Of a DNA stretch of 64,000 nt, positions 44,251 through 53,140 are shown in pieces. The notes below the pieces were generated by a model, which worked only from the letters and a program-made list of their open reading frames with translations, was not told where the DNA came from and ran no database searches. Source of the DNA: an uncultured Nitrososphaerota archaeon (lineage in GTDB: Archaea > Thermoproteota > Nitrososphaeria > Nitrososphaerales > Gagatemarchaeaceae); assembly GCA_963838925.1 (NCBI GenBank), contig CAWISW010000002.1, positions 288,001 through 352,000 on the forward strand, in the 5' to 3' direction. Each line of letters starts with the position of its first letter. Position 1 is the stretch's first letter. The position numbers and the translations under genes were made by a program.

Positions 44251-47100
44251 CTACCAGAACGGCCGCGTCTCGATGAACTTCAGCTTGGCTTCGAGGAGCT
44301 CCTTGTAGAACCTCTCGTCGTCCTCGTGCATCTTCGCAAGGATCCTCGCCGCGGTCTGCGGCCCTATCCCGTAGACAGCCTGCGCTATCACCGCCCGCCT
44401 CCCGTAGGAGAGGACGAGGTCGGCGCCCCTCCTCGCCTTCGCCAGCTCCGACCTCTCGTCCTCGGTTAGGCTGCCCTCGCCGGGCGCCAGCTTCTTCCGC
44501 AGCAGCTCCGCGACCTTCGACGAGCCATGGAAGTTGGGCGCCATGAGCCCCGAGCCGCACTTCTTGCACGCGGGCTCGTCGGCGAGCTCGCCTATCGTCG
44601 TGTAGCCCTGCGCATCGCCGCACTTCATGCAGAGCAGGTCCACCGACGTGCCGTAGATGCTGAGCCTCATCTTCTCCACCGTGGACTTGGCCAGCGAGTC
44701 CGGGGCGACCAGCTCCGGGACCTCGAGGTACTTGTAGAGGATGTTGTACGCTATCGGGGTCGGCCTCTCCTTCGAGAGGAAGGTCTCGACCTTGACCGCG
44801 CCGCTCGCCACGCTCAGGAGCATCTCCTTGGCCCGACGCATGTCGATCATGTCCCTCCCCGTCTCTTGGACCGCCTCCTCGAAGATCGGCGTGTTCTCGA
44901 ACCTGGTGGGGAGCGAGCAGAGGTTGGGGTGCGCGATGAACTGCCCCCTGCGGAGGGCGCCGAACCGCTCCGCCACCTGCTTGACCCTCGTGGGGAAGGG
45001 GAAGTTCCTCTGGGCAGCGACCGCGTAGGTGTCCTCGAACTCCTTCGGGGACATCCCGAAGAGGTCCTTCGAGAGCTGTTCCAGGTCGAGCCCCGCCGCG
45101 TCTGTCGTGAGCTCGATCAGTATCCTGTAGCCGTCCATGTACCAGAGCCGGATGAGTCCCCTCCTCGAGAGAACCTCCTCGAACGTGTACGCCAGGAGCC
45201 TGTTCACCTTCTCCCCGAAGCAAGAGTGCACCACGAGGTACTTCTGCCACCCCTCGAGCAGGACGAGGTCGTCCGAAGGCAGCGGGGCCCCGGTCTTCAC
45301 GTGCTCGTCTATCTCGTCCGCCACCTTCCTCATCGCCGACTCGGTCACCGGCAGCTCCTCGCTGAGGGACCGCGCGGCCGCCTCTGGGGTGGACCCTTCC
45401 AGGAGCCTGCCGACCCTCTTCCTCAGCTCTCCGCTCCGCTGGGCGAGCCCGAAGGGCACCGGGAGCATCTCCCCGTCCCATCCGGGGACGGCAGCCAGAG
45501 GGTCCTCTACCGACGTGACGTAGATCTTCCTGTCGTCGGCTATCTTCTCCATCTGCCATATCTTGCCTTTCAGGATGAAGTGGAGCCCGACCTTGGCCTG
45601 CAGCATCACGAACTCCTCCCCGAGGATCCCGACGGTCTGGTTGTTCGCCACGTCGATGACGAAGTACCTCGTCTCGTCAGGGATGGTCGAGAGGTTCTGG
45701 TAGTAGTACTCCCGCGTCCCCCTCGTCCTCGCGAGCTTCCCCCCGTCCCTCCTCAGCTTCCTGAGCTCCGCGAGATAGGACACCACCCTCTCCATCGTCT
45801 GCTCGTCGAGCTCCCTGTAGGGATGGCACGACCTGAACTCCGCTAGGAGCTTCTCAGTCTCGACCGCCTCGTAGTCCATCAGGTATCCGGCGATCTGGTG
45901 CGCGAGCACGTCGAGGCTCTTCTCGTAGGGCTTCGTCTCCTCCATCCTCCCCTTGAGCGCCTCCGATACCGCCGCCGTGGATTCCAGGATGTCGTCCGCC
46001 CCAACTGTGAGGAGGACGCCCTTCGAGGTGCGCTTGAGGCTGTGCCCCGACCTCCCGACCCTCTGGATGAGGGAGGTCACCTGCCTGGGGGACATGTACT
46101 GCACCACGAGGTCGACCGCCCCGATGTCGATCCCCAGCTCCAGCGTCGACGTGCAGACCAGCGCCTTTATGCCTCCGGTCCTGAAGGAGGTCTCGACCCT
46201 CTCCCGCTCCTCGCGTGGCAGGGACCCGTGGTGGACGCCGACATCCCCCCTAAGCCTGTTGAGCTTCTCGCCCAGCATCTCGGCGGTCGTCCTGCTGTTG
46301 ACGAAGACGAGCGTCGACTTGTGGGACTCGATGAGGTCGCCCAGCCGCGCTAGCCTCGCCGCGAGGTCGATGGTCGTGAAGACCTCCCGCGACAGGGCGC
46401 TGTCCTCGGGCTTTGGCGTCGGGTACTCGACGAAGTACCCCACCTGCTTCGGGGCCGGAGCCCTCACGATCGAGTGCGGCGCACTTCCGAAGATGAAGGC
46501 GGCCGCGGTCTCCGGGCTGCCTATCGTAGCTGAGAGGGCGACGATCTGAAAGTCGCCTGCGACCCTCCTGAGGCGCTGGAGGCCGACCGTGAGCTGTACC
46601 CCCCTCTTGCTCTCGACGAGGTTGTGCAGCTCGTCGACCACCACGGCCTTGACGTCCGCGAGGCTCTCTCGGAGGCTCCTCCCCGGAAGCATCGCCTGGA
46701 GGGTCTCAGGCGTCGTAACGAGGACGTCAGGCGGGTTCCTCGACTGCCTCTGCCTCTGGGCCTGGGGGGTGTCCCCGTGCCGGACGTCCAGAGTGAGCGA
46801 AAGCTTCCCGCACCAGAACTCCAGCCTTCGGAGCATGTCCCTGTTCAGCGCCCGGAGCGGGGTGATGTACAGGAGGGAGATCCCGTGCCTGGGGCCGCGG
46901 CGCACGAGGTTGCTCAGCAGCGGAAGGATTGCAGCCTCGGTCTTCCCCGACCCGGTCGGCGCGACGATGAGGACGTTCGCTCCGGTCGTGACGAGGGGGA
47001 TCGCCTCTATCTGCGGAGGCGTCGGGGATGTTATCCCGCTCTCCTCGAGGAGGGCCCTGACGGGCTCGGCTAGCGAGTCGAAGACCTCAATCCCGCCCAA
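44251..47100 (-). CDS. lhr: Lhr-like ATP-dependent DEAD/H helicase
   Basis: APTGSGKT, YITPLRALNRD, TTPETL, VDELH, LSATIG, HHGSL, TLELGIDIG, QRVGRSGH, C-terminal CxxC pairs. Confidence 0.93.
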   Translation of the reverse strand: MGGIEVFDSLAEPVRALLEESGITSPTPPQIEAIPLVTTGANVLIVAPTGSGKTEAAILPLLSNLVRRGPRHGISLLYITPLRALNRDMLRRLEFWCGKLSLTLDVRHGDTPQAQRQRQSRNPPDVLVTTPETLQAMLPGRSLRESLADVKAVVVDELHNLVESKRGVQLTVGLQRLRRVAGDFQIVALSATIGSPETAAAFIFGSAPHSIVRAPAPKQVGYFVEYPTPKPEDSALSREVFTTIDLAARLARLGDLIESHKSTLVFVNSRTTAEMLGEKLNRLRGDVGVHHGSLPREERERVETSFRTGGIKALVCTSTLELGIDIGAVDLVVQYMSPRQVTSLIQRVGRSGHSLKRTSKGVLLTVGADDILESTAAVSEALKGRMEETKPYEKSLDVLAHQIAGYLMDYEAVETEKLLAEFRSCHPYRELDEQTMERVVSYLAELRKLRRDGGKLARTRGTREYYYQNLSTIPDETRYFVIDVANNQTVGILGEEFVMLQAKVGLHFILKGKIWQMEKIADDRKIYVTSVEDPLAAVPGWDGEMLPVPFGLAQRSGELRKRVGRLLEGSTPEAAARSLSEELPVTESAMRKVADEIDEHVKTGAPLPSDDLVLLEGWQKYLVVHSCFGEKVNRLLAYTFEEVLSRRGLIRLWYMDGYRILIELTTDAAGLDLEQLSKDLFGMSPKEFEDTYAVAAQRNFPFPTRVKQVAERFGALRRGQFIAHPNLCSLPTRFENTPIFEEAVQETGRDMIDMRRAKEMLLSVASGAVKVETFLSKERPTPIAYNILYKYLEVPELVAPDSLAKSTVEKMRLSIYGTSVDLLCMKCGDAQGYTTIGELADEPACKKCGSGLMAPNFHGSSKVAELLRKKLAPGEGSLTEDERSELAKARRGADLVLSYGRRAVIAQAVYGIGPQTAARILAKMHEDDERFYKELLEAKLKFIETRPFW

Positions 47101-47116
47101 ACGGACGACCTCCCAA

Positions 47117-47500
47117 CTACATCACCGTTCTCGTATTGATCCGCCCTTGCCTCGCCGCGCACGCGTCGCACTCGCACATGTCCAGGAGGTACTGGTAAGG
47201 ATAGATTCCCGTGCTGTGCCCGTCAGACCAAGCGAACGCGATGGCGTATCTTCCCACCATCGTGTAAGCTGTGGCCGCTATCCCCGCGGGAGCTGCCGGG
47301 ATGAGCGGGATCACGCGACTGACGCCGATTGCCGGCGGCTCACCAGCGCACATGGCGCAGGGGCAGGCCTCGCGCAGCCTTCCGTTCGAGCTGAGCCACA
47401 GGTGGCCGTCGCTCCACTCGATGGACACGCTCTTCTCGCCCAGTGAAACCTTCCGAGGGACCGGCAAAACCAGGTGCTCGGAAGCCCGTCCCCCACTCAT
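47117..47500 (-). CDS. DUF971 / GBBH-N-like protein
   Basis: I.WSDGH, LREACPCAMC, VGRYAI.F.WSDGHSTGIY; extra C-terminal CECDAC. Confidence 0.85.
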   Translation of the reverse strand: MSGGRASEHLVLPVPRKVSLGEKSVSIEWSDGHLWLSSNGRLREACPCAMCAGEPPAIGVSRVIPLIPAAPAGIAATAYTMVGRYAIAFAWSDGHSTGIYPYQYLLDMCECDACAARQGRINTRTVM

Positions 47501-47599
47501 AAGGCTTGGCGTCGAACCAACGACGCTCGACGGTGTTCGTCCGGCCCGTCTCCCTCAGGGAAACGGTTATCTCTCCCTCGCGGGGCCTGACCTCCGCTC

Positions 47600-47989
47600 T
47601 TGGCGAAACTTTCAGACAAGGCGAAGAGGCTGCTGACGGGGAAGAACTTTGCCTTCGTCGCGACCCTCAACAAGGACGGGAGCACCCAGCTCACGCCCAC
47701 GTGGGTCGATACCGACGGGGAGAACGTCCTTGTCAACACCGCCTTGGGGAGGATGAAGACAATCAACGTGACGAGGGACCCGAGGATCACCGTCGGGGTC
47801 TTTGACCAGGCGAACCCCTACGAATACGTGTCCATCCGAGGCAAGGTCGCAAAGCAGGTGAAGGGAAAGGAGGCGGACGACCACATAGACAAGCTCGCGC
47901 TCAAGTACACGGGAGCCACGAAGTACAAGAGGTCTGCGCCAGGCGAGAAGAGAGTCCTCCTCGTGATACACCCCTCCAAGGTAATCTGA
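47600..47989 (+). CDS. PPOX-class (putative F420-dependent) oxidoreductase
   Basis: FAFVATLNKDGS.Q.TP.W, NT..GR.K..N..RDPR, NPY.YV.IRG, LA.KY.G, R....I.P. Confidence 0.88.
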   Translation: MAKLSDKAKRLLTGKNFAFVATLNKDGSTQLTPTWVDTDGENVLVNTALGRMKTINVTRDPRITVGVFDQANPYEYVSIRGKVAKQVKGKEADDHIDKLALKYTGATKYKRSAPGEKRVLLVIHPSKVI

Positions 47990-48003
47990 GGGAGCGCAAG
48001 ACC

Positions 48004-48114
48004 ATGCCTACGTGCATTTGCAACGTCTGCAAACACCTCAACACCGTGTCATGCGCCCGCTGCACTTGCTGCTCGTACAGGAAGTTCGCCTGCATGCAGA
48101 TCGAGAACCGCTGA
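48004..48114 (+). CDS. 36-aa cysteine-rich peptide (absent from ORF track)
   Basis: MPTCICNVCKHLNTVSCARCTCCSYRKFACMQIENR; GGGAG upstream; fills the gap between PPOX and ggt; all eight Cys are TGC. Confidence 0.55.
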   Translation: MPTCICNVCKHLNTVSCARCTCCSYRKFACMQIENR

Positions 48115-48124
48115 CGCTTACCCC

Positions 48125-49615
48125 TCAGAACCCAGCGGGCGCACCGTCGCCCCTGACGTCGCACACGGCCTTCTTGCCTGCGGGCGTGAGCTCGATGCCC
48201 TGTGCCACCCCTTGCCTGTAGGGATAGTCGACGACTCGCACTCCTGGGACCTCTCCTTCGACCCTGTACCCCCTCTCGACCAGTGTCTCCTCCCCGTCCC
48301 ACACGAACCTGGGGTAACTCAACGCTTCCTCCACTCCCATCGAGTAGTCGACAACGTTGGAGACGAAGAGGGCGTGCAGCTGGGGGCGATGCTCGCCTCC
48401 GCTCGTCCCCATCGCGACGTAGGGCCTCTCGTCCTTCGCCCTCGACAGCAGCAGGGCGGACAAGGTGTGGACCGGCCTCTTCCTCGGGGCAAGGCTGTTG
48501 GGACCCTCCAGCTTGAACGCAGACGCCCTGTTGTTCAAGAAGAAGCCCGAGTCCTTGAGGTAGACCCTCGAGCCGAATGGGTGAAAGAGGCTCTGAATGC
48601 ATGAGAGCAGGTTCCCCTCCTCGTCGGCGACCGCGAAGTAGGTCGTGTCCCCGTCGGGCACCCCTGAGGCGCGCCGGCCCGGCCTCGAGCCAAGGAACCC
48701 CTGGAGGTCGAAGCCCACGAACCTGGGGTCGCCGATGAGCTCGTCCTTCGCCGCGAGGGCCACCATGGTCGCCTCTGTGGTGCGCGTCACCCGCTCCAAC
48801 GAGTCCGCCGGAGGCGGCTTGGACTCCTCGAGCTGCTTGAGGATCAGGAGCGCCGCGGCCCCCATGCTGTTGGGCGGGACCTCGTAGACCCTCTGCCCTC
48901 GGTACTCCATGCTGATCGGCTCCACCCACTCTGGGGCGAACGACAGGTCGTCCCGGTCGACCTCGACACCCTCCGCGCCTAGCGTCTCCACGATCTCGTC
49001 TGCCGCCGCGCCTCGATAGAACGCCTCGGCACCGCCCTCTCCTATCTCCCGTATGCGCTCGGCCAGCCCTCTCTGGCGCAGCAACTCCCCCGGCTCGGGC
49101 CCTAGGCCGTCCGCTCCGAGAGCGCGGAGCGCGTCTCGGGGGAGGTCGCCCCGATACCTTCCCAGGGCCCTCGACAACCCAGGCGAGATTGGAAACCCGT
49201 CCTCTGCGAGCTCGATGGCCCTCTCGAGGAGGCGGGAGAACTCGACCCGCCCGAACCTGCTGTGGAGCTCCTCGACGCCGCCCACCATCCCCGGGACGAC
49301 CACGCTGCCGGCACCGAACAGGGGGACCTTGGCGAGCCCTTGGGAGCGGACGGACTCGACCGTCGCCCCTGACGGCGCCCAGCCGCTCCCGTTCAGGCAG
49401 CGGACCGCGCCGCTCCTCCTGTCGAAGAACAGGGCGAAGAAGTCGCCCCCCAGGCCGTTCATGTGGGGAAGCACGACCGAGAGGGCGAAGCTCGCAGCGA
49501 CCGCCGCGTCGAAGGCGTTCCCGCCTGCTCGCATGACTTCCGACCCTGCCAAAGATGCGAGGGGGTGCTCCGTCGCGACCGAGCAGTCCTTGGAGACGAG
49601 CACCTTGGCAGACAA
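48125..49615 (-). CDS. ggt: Gamma-glutamyltransferase family protein
   Basis: HPLAS..G..V...GGNAFDAAVA, P..NGLGGD.F, PPNSMG, autocleavage GD|TTYF, LNNR, P.KRP.HTL; TTG start 49615 or 49627. Confidence 0.92.
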   Translation of the reverse strand: MSAKVLVSKDCSVATEHPLASLAGSEVMRAGGNAFDAAVAASFALSVVLPHMNGLGGDFFALFFDRRSGAVRCLNGSGWAPSGATVESVRSQGLAKVPLFGAGSVVVPGMVGGVEELHSRFGRVEFSRLLERAIELAEDGFPISPGLSRALGRYRGDLPRDALRALGADGLGPEPGELLRQRGLAERIREIGEGGAEAFYRGAAADEIVETLGAEGVEVDRDDLSFAPEWVEPISMEYRGQRVYEVPPNSMGAAALLILKQLEESKPPPADSLERVTRTTEATMVALAAKDELIGDPRFVGFDLQGFLGSRPGRRASGVPDGDTTYFAVADEEGNLLSCIQSLFHPFGSRVYLKDSGFFLNNRASAFKLEGPNSLAPRKRPVHTLSALLLSRAKDERPYVAMGTSGGEHRPQLHALFVSNVVDYSMGVEEALSYPRFVWDGEETLVERGYRVEGEVPGVRVVDYPYRQGVAQGIELTPAGKKAVCDVRGDGAPAGF

Positions 49616-49700
49616 TGCCGACGACAACGGCGGCGGACGCCGGGTGATAAAAGTCCGCGGCGGCATCAAGATATATCGCAGGGACGGCGCCGGTCGCATC

Positions 49701-50588
49701 ATGGCGAAGAACCTCAGGATCGGCTTCATCGGGCTCGGGATAATGGGCAGGCCAATGGCTCAGAACCTGCTCAAAGCGGGCTTCGAGCTCACCGTGTACA
49801 ACAGGAGCAAGCCCCCCGTCGAGCTCCTCGTCTCCTCCGGCGCCGTCTCCGCCCCGTCCCCCAAGGAAGTCGCCGAGCGCAGCGACGTCGTAGTAACGAT
49901 GGTGACGGACTCCGAAGCGGTGAAGGAAGTCGTCCTCGGACAGGGCGGCGTCATCGAAGGCGCGCACCCGGGCCTGGTCCTGGTGGACATGAGCACGATC
50001 TCCCCCAGCGTCACTCGGAACGTCTCGGCATCCTTGGCTGCCAAGGGGACGGCCATGCTCGACGCGCCAGTCAGCGGAGGGGACACGGGCGCGAGGGAGG
50101 GGACGCTGACCATAATGGTGGGAGGTCCTGCCCCCGCCTTCGAGGCCTGCCTCCCCGTCCTCCAAGCGATGGGAAGGAAGGTCGTTCACATGGGAGACAC
50201 CGGCGCGGGCCAGCTGACCAAGCTGGCCAACCAGATCCTGGTGGCCTGCAACATGGTCGGAGTAAGCGAGTGCCTAAACTTCGCCAAGAAGGCGGGCCTC
50301 GACGTCGGGAAGGTGATCGACTCCCTCTCGGCCGGGGCCGCCTCATCATGGAGCCTCGTCAATCTGGGGCCGAGGATAGTCAAGCGCGACTTTTCCCCGG
50401 GCTTCAAGATCAAACTCCTCCAGAAGGACCTGCGGTACGTCCTAGCCGCTGCTGACGACATCAACGCGCCCCTGCCCGCCACCGCGCTCGTCCACAAGCT
50501 GTACGGGCAGCTCGAGGAGAAAGGCCTCGGCGACGTCGGGACCCAGGCACTCATCACCGCCATCGAGCAGATGTCGAGCCAAGGCTGA
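49701..50588 (+). CDS. Beta-hydroxyacid dehydrogenase (tartronate semialdehyde reductase/HIBADH family)
   Basis: IGFIGLGIMG.PMA.NL, DMSTISP, DAPVSGG, KLANQ, F.PGF.I.L..KDL. Confidence 0.92.
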   Translation: MAKNLRIGFIGLGIMGRPMAQNLLKAGFELTVYNRSKPPVELLVSSGAVSAPSPKEVAERSDVVVTMVTDSEAVKEVVLGQGGVIEGAHPGLVLVDMSTISPSVTRNVSASLAAKGTAMLDAPVSGGDTGAREGTLTIMVGGPAPAFEACLPVLQAMGRKVVHMGDTGAGQLTKLANQILVACNMVGVSECLNFAKKAGLDVGKVIDSLSAGAASSWSLVNLGPRIVKRDFSPGFKIKLLQKDLRYVLAAADDINAPLPATALVHKLYGQLEEKGLGDVGTQALITAIEQMSSQG

Positions 50589-50632
50589 CCCCGCGAAATC
50601 CGTAAATAGAGCGCGCAGACGTGAACGCCGAC

Positions 50633-50773
50633 ATGTGCGACTGCGAAGAGCTCGAATTCGAGGACTTTGAGGTCATGCTGACCGCGATGTCCAAGAAGAC
50701 ATCCTCTCCCGAAGCAGAGGCACCGCTCCAGGCTCTCGTCCCGCAGATAGTGGCGGTCAAGCGGCGGAAGTAG
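50633..50773 (+). CDS. 46-aa hypothetical peptide (absent from ORF track)
   Basis: MCDCEELEFEDFEVMLTAMSKKTSSPEAEAPLQALVPQIVAVKRRK; TAAATA box (50603-50608) 25 nt before the ATG. Confidence 0.5.
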   Translation: MCDCEELEFEDFEVMLTAMSKKTSSPEAEAPLQALVPQIVAVKRRK

Positions 50774-50927
50774 CCCCTGAGCCGGCGGCCCGTGCCGCTC
50801 TTCACGCTCGCTCGTTGAGAGATTAATGAGCATAGGAATATCCAAACCCGAATAACTTATAAGATATGAATATCGCGCAGGCTTGCTTGGCGAAGCTTTT
50901 ACCCTCTGCCTCAGGGTGCGCGTGGAG

Positions 50928-51950
50928 TTGACAGAGTACCGCGTTTCACTGACGGGTCTTCACGCAAGGAACGAGAAGACCATCCAGGCCACCCAGGACT
51001 GGGAGAGGAGCAGGATAAACGAGGCTGCGTTGAAAGCCTGCTTCGACAAGGACTGCGACTCCCTGGTCGAGCTACAGAAGCGGGTGGGTGCCGAATACAT
51101 CACCGACGGGCAGATCACGCTTGCGTGGCAGGACCTCTTCAGGCCGATCAGCTCGGGGTTCGAAGGGCTCGAGCCAGGTCCCATGGTGAGGTGGTTCAAC
51201 ACGAACACCTTCTTCTACGCGCCTATAGTGAAGGGAGCGATCTCGAGCGACGGCAAGGTACTCTCGAGGGCCATCGAGAAGAGGTTCGTCAACCACGGCT
51301 CCGCACTGAAGATAGTGCTGCCTGACCCGCTCACATTCGCGGAGCTGGCCGAGGACAGATTCTACGGCAGCAAGGAGAAGCTCCTCTTCGCTTACACGGA
51401 CGCCATAAGGGGGGAGCTGCGGACCCTGTCAAAGGTAGGTGTGAAGTACGTCCAGTTCTCCGCCCCGAGCCTCGTCTACAGGCTGAAGCAGAAGCCCTTC
51501 TCGCGCGCAGGGCTCAGGCAGCTGGGCGAGGCGGTAAGGAACGCGCTCAAGGGGGTCTCTCTGAGGAGCGGCTTCTACCCGCTCTTTGGGGACGCGTCTC
51601 CCTACCTGCCAGAGCTCCTCGACGTCATTCCCACGGACGACATCGGCATCGACCTGACGCAGACGGACGACTCCTCGCTGTCAGCGACGAGCAAGGGGAT
51701 CATCGCCGGGATAGTCGACTCCCGGACCACCTACCTCGAGGACGTGGCGTCGCTCGCCTCTCGCGTCGAGAGGGTCGCCGACAGGACCGCCGCCAGCACG
51801 CTCACGCTCGCCCCTTCCGCCGACCTCAGGTACATCCCCCGGGTCAGCGCGGACGAGAAGCTCGAGCTCCTCGGCAGACTGAGGTCTCGGGTAAAGAGGG
51901 GACGCGAGACGCCCAGCGCGCCGAAACCAGCGAGGAGGGGAGCGAAGTGA
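50928..51950 (+). CDS. Split MetE N-terminal-type (non-catalytic) barrel
   Basis: ITDGQ...W.DLF.P, RWFNTNTFF (cf. MetE KWFDTNYHY), LP.PLTF, GI.D.R.T..E, APSADL; no Zn ligands; TTG 50928. Confidence 0.8.
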   Translation: MTEYRVSLTGLHARNEKTIQATQDWERSRINEAALKACFDKDCDSLVELQKRVGAEYITDGQITLAWQDLFRPISSGFEGLEPGPMVRWFNTNTFFYAPIVKGAISSDGKVLSRAIEKRFVNHGSALKIVLPDPLTFAELAEDRFYGSKEKLLFAYTDAIRGELRTLSKVGVKYVQFSAPSLVYRLKQKPFSRAGLRQLGEAVRNALKGVSLRSGFYPLFGDASPYLPELLDVIPTDDIGIDLTQTDDSSLSATSKGIIAGIVDSRTTYLEDVASLASRVERVADRTAASTLTLAPSADLRYIPRVSADEKLELLGRLRSRVKRGRETPSAPKPARRGAK

Positions 51951-53140
51951 AGGCCTTCCCCACCCAGGAGATAGGGAGCCTCCCGAAGTTCTCGTGGAGG
52001 ACCAAGCCGTTCAGGCAGATGGCGCTCACGGACGACGACCTCGAGTCCGCGAGAGTGTGGGGAGACCGCCTCAAGGTCGACGGACGGAACGACCTCCACC
52101 GGCTGCTCTCCAAGCGCTATGCCTTCACCGACGAGGAGAAGAAGCGCATAGTCGACTTCTCACTCCTGTACGCGATCAGGATGTGCGAGACAGCCGGGCA
52201 CGGCCTCGCCAAGGAACCGGGGCTCGACCTGGTTTGGAGCGGCGAGCAGGCGAGGACCGAGATGTACGAGACGCCCGTCTCCAACATCGCGGGCTTCGAG
52301 TTCGTGGGGAGGGTGAGGAGCTTCGACAACAAGTACTGGAGGATGGCCTCAATCCGGTCCGCTCCAAAGTACAAGGAGAACTACCACCTCGACGAGCTCC
52401 TGTTCACCGAGGAGAACGCCGAGCGCAAGGTCAAAGTCCCCGTCACCGACGCCATCACGATAATGGCGTGGTCGGACAACAACTACTACACGGGCAAGTG
52501 GGCGGACAAGTCCGGGCTCTCGCCTTCGAAGAGGAGCTTCAGCGCCAGGCGCGAGTTCACCCTCGAGCTGGCCAAGATAATCCGGAGGGTCATCAGGGAG
52601 CTGATCGAGAAGGGGGTCGAGGAGGTGCAGATCGACATACCCGCCGCGACACAGTACCAGTCCGACGACGACATCAAGCTCGTCGCCGAGTCGTTCAACG
52701 AGACGACGAAGGGGCTGGACGCCACTTTCAGCGTCCACAGCTGCTTCCCACCCAGCATCGGCTATGGCATCCTCTTCCCCCACCTCCTCGAGATGAAGAA
52801 GTGCGAGCGCTTCTCCCTCGAGTACGGCAACCGTGACACCTTCGAGAAGGGTCTGGACGCCAAGTCCAGGACCGGCTTCGAGGACCTCAAGCTCTTCAAG
52901 GAGTACGGCTACAAGAGGCAGCTGGGCGTCGGGGTCATCCACATACACACCGACACCCTGCCAAGCGTCGAGGTGGTGCGAGACCGCATCCTCTACTCTG
53001 CGAAGGTCACGGACCTCCCGCCGGAGAACCTCTACGTCAACCCGGACTGCGGCCTTCGCACGAGGCGCCCAGAGATAGCCCAGAAGATGCTCGACCTGGT
53101 GGTCGGCGGCGCCGAGCTCGCGAGGGGCAAGTCCGGATGA
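51947..53140 (+). CDS. metE: Cobalamin-independent methionine synthase catalytic barrel (split MetE C-half)
   Basis: FPTQEIGSLP, GEQ.R.EM.E, VRSFDN.YWR, QID.PA, Zn ligands VHSC, LEY, NPDCGLRTR. Confidence 0.85.
   Translation: MKAFPTQEIGSLPKFSWRTKPFRQMALTDDDLESARVWGDRLKVDGRNDLHRLLSKRYAFTDEEKKRIVDFSLLYAIRMCETAGHGLAKEPGLDLVWSGEQARTEMYETPVSNIAGFEFVGRVRSFDNKYWRMASIRSAPKYKENYHLDELLFTEENAERKVKVPVTDAITIMAWSDNNYYTGKWADKSGLSPSKRSFSARREFTLELAKIIRRVIRELIEKGVEEVQIDIPAATQYQSDDDIKLVAESFNETTKGLDATFSVHSCFPPSIGYGILFPHLLEMKKCERFSLEYGNRDTFEKGLDAKSRTGFEDLKLFKEYGYKRQLGVGVIHIHTDTLPSVEVVRDRILYSAKVTDLPPENLYVNPDCGLRTRRPEIAQKMLDLVVGGAELARGKSG

Noticed and set aside
49053-49700. N-terminal extension of the 511-aa ORF
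   Set aside because: Antisense to ggt; the dehydrogenase begins at ATG 49701 after a TATAT box.
43979-50189. Long alternative-frame ORFs (e.g. 43979-45559, 47901-50189; likewise 25328-26686, 62031-63383)
   Set aside because: Arg/Gly/Pro-rich or antisense shadows expected from high GC3 coding DNA; no motifs.
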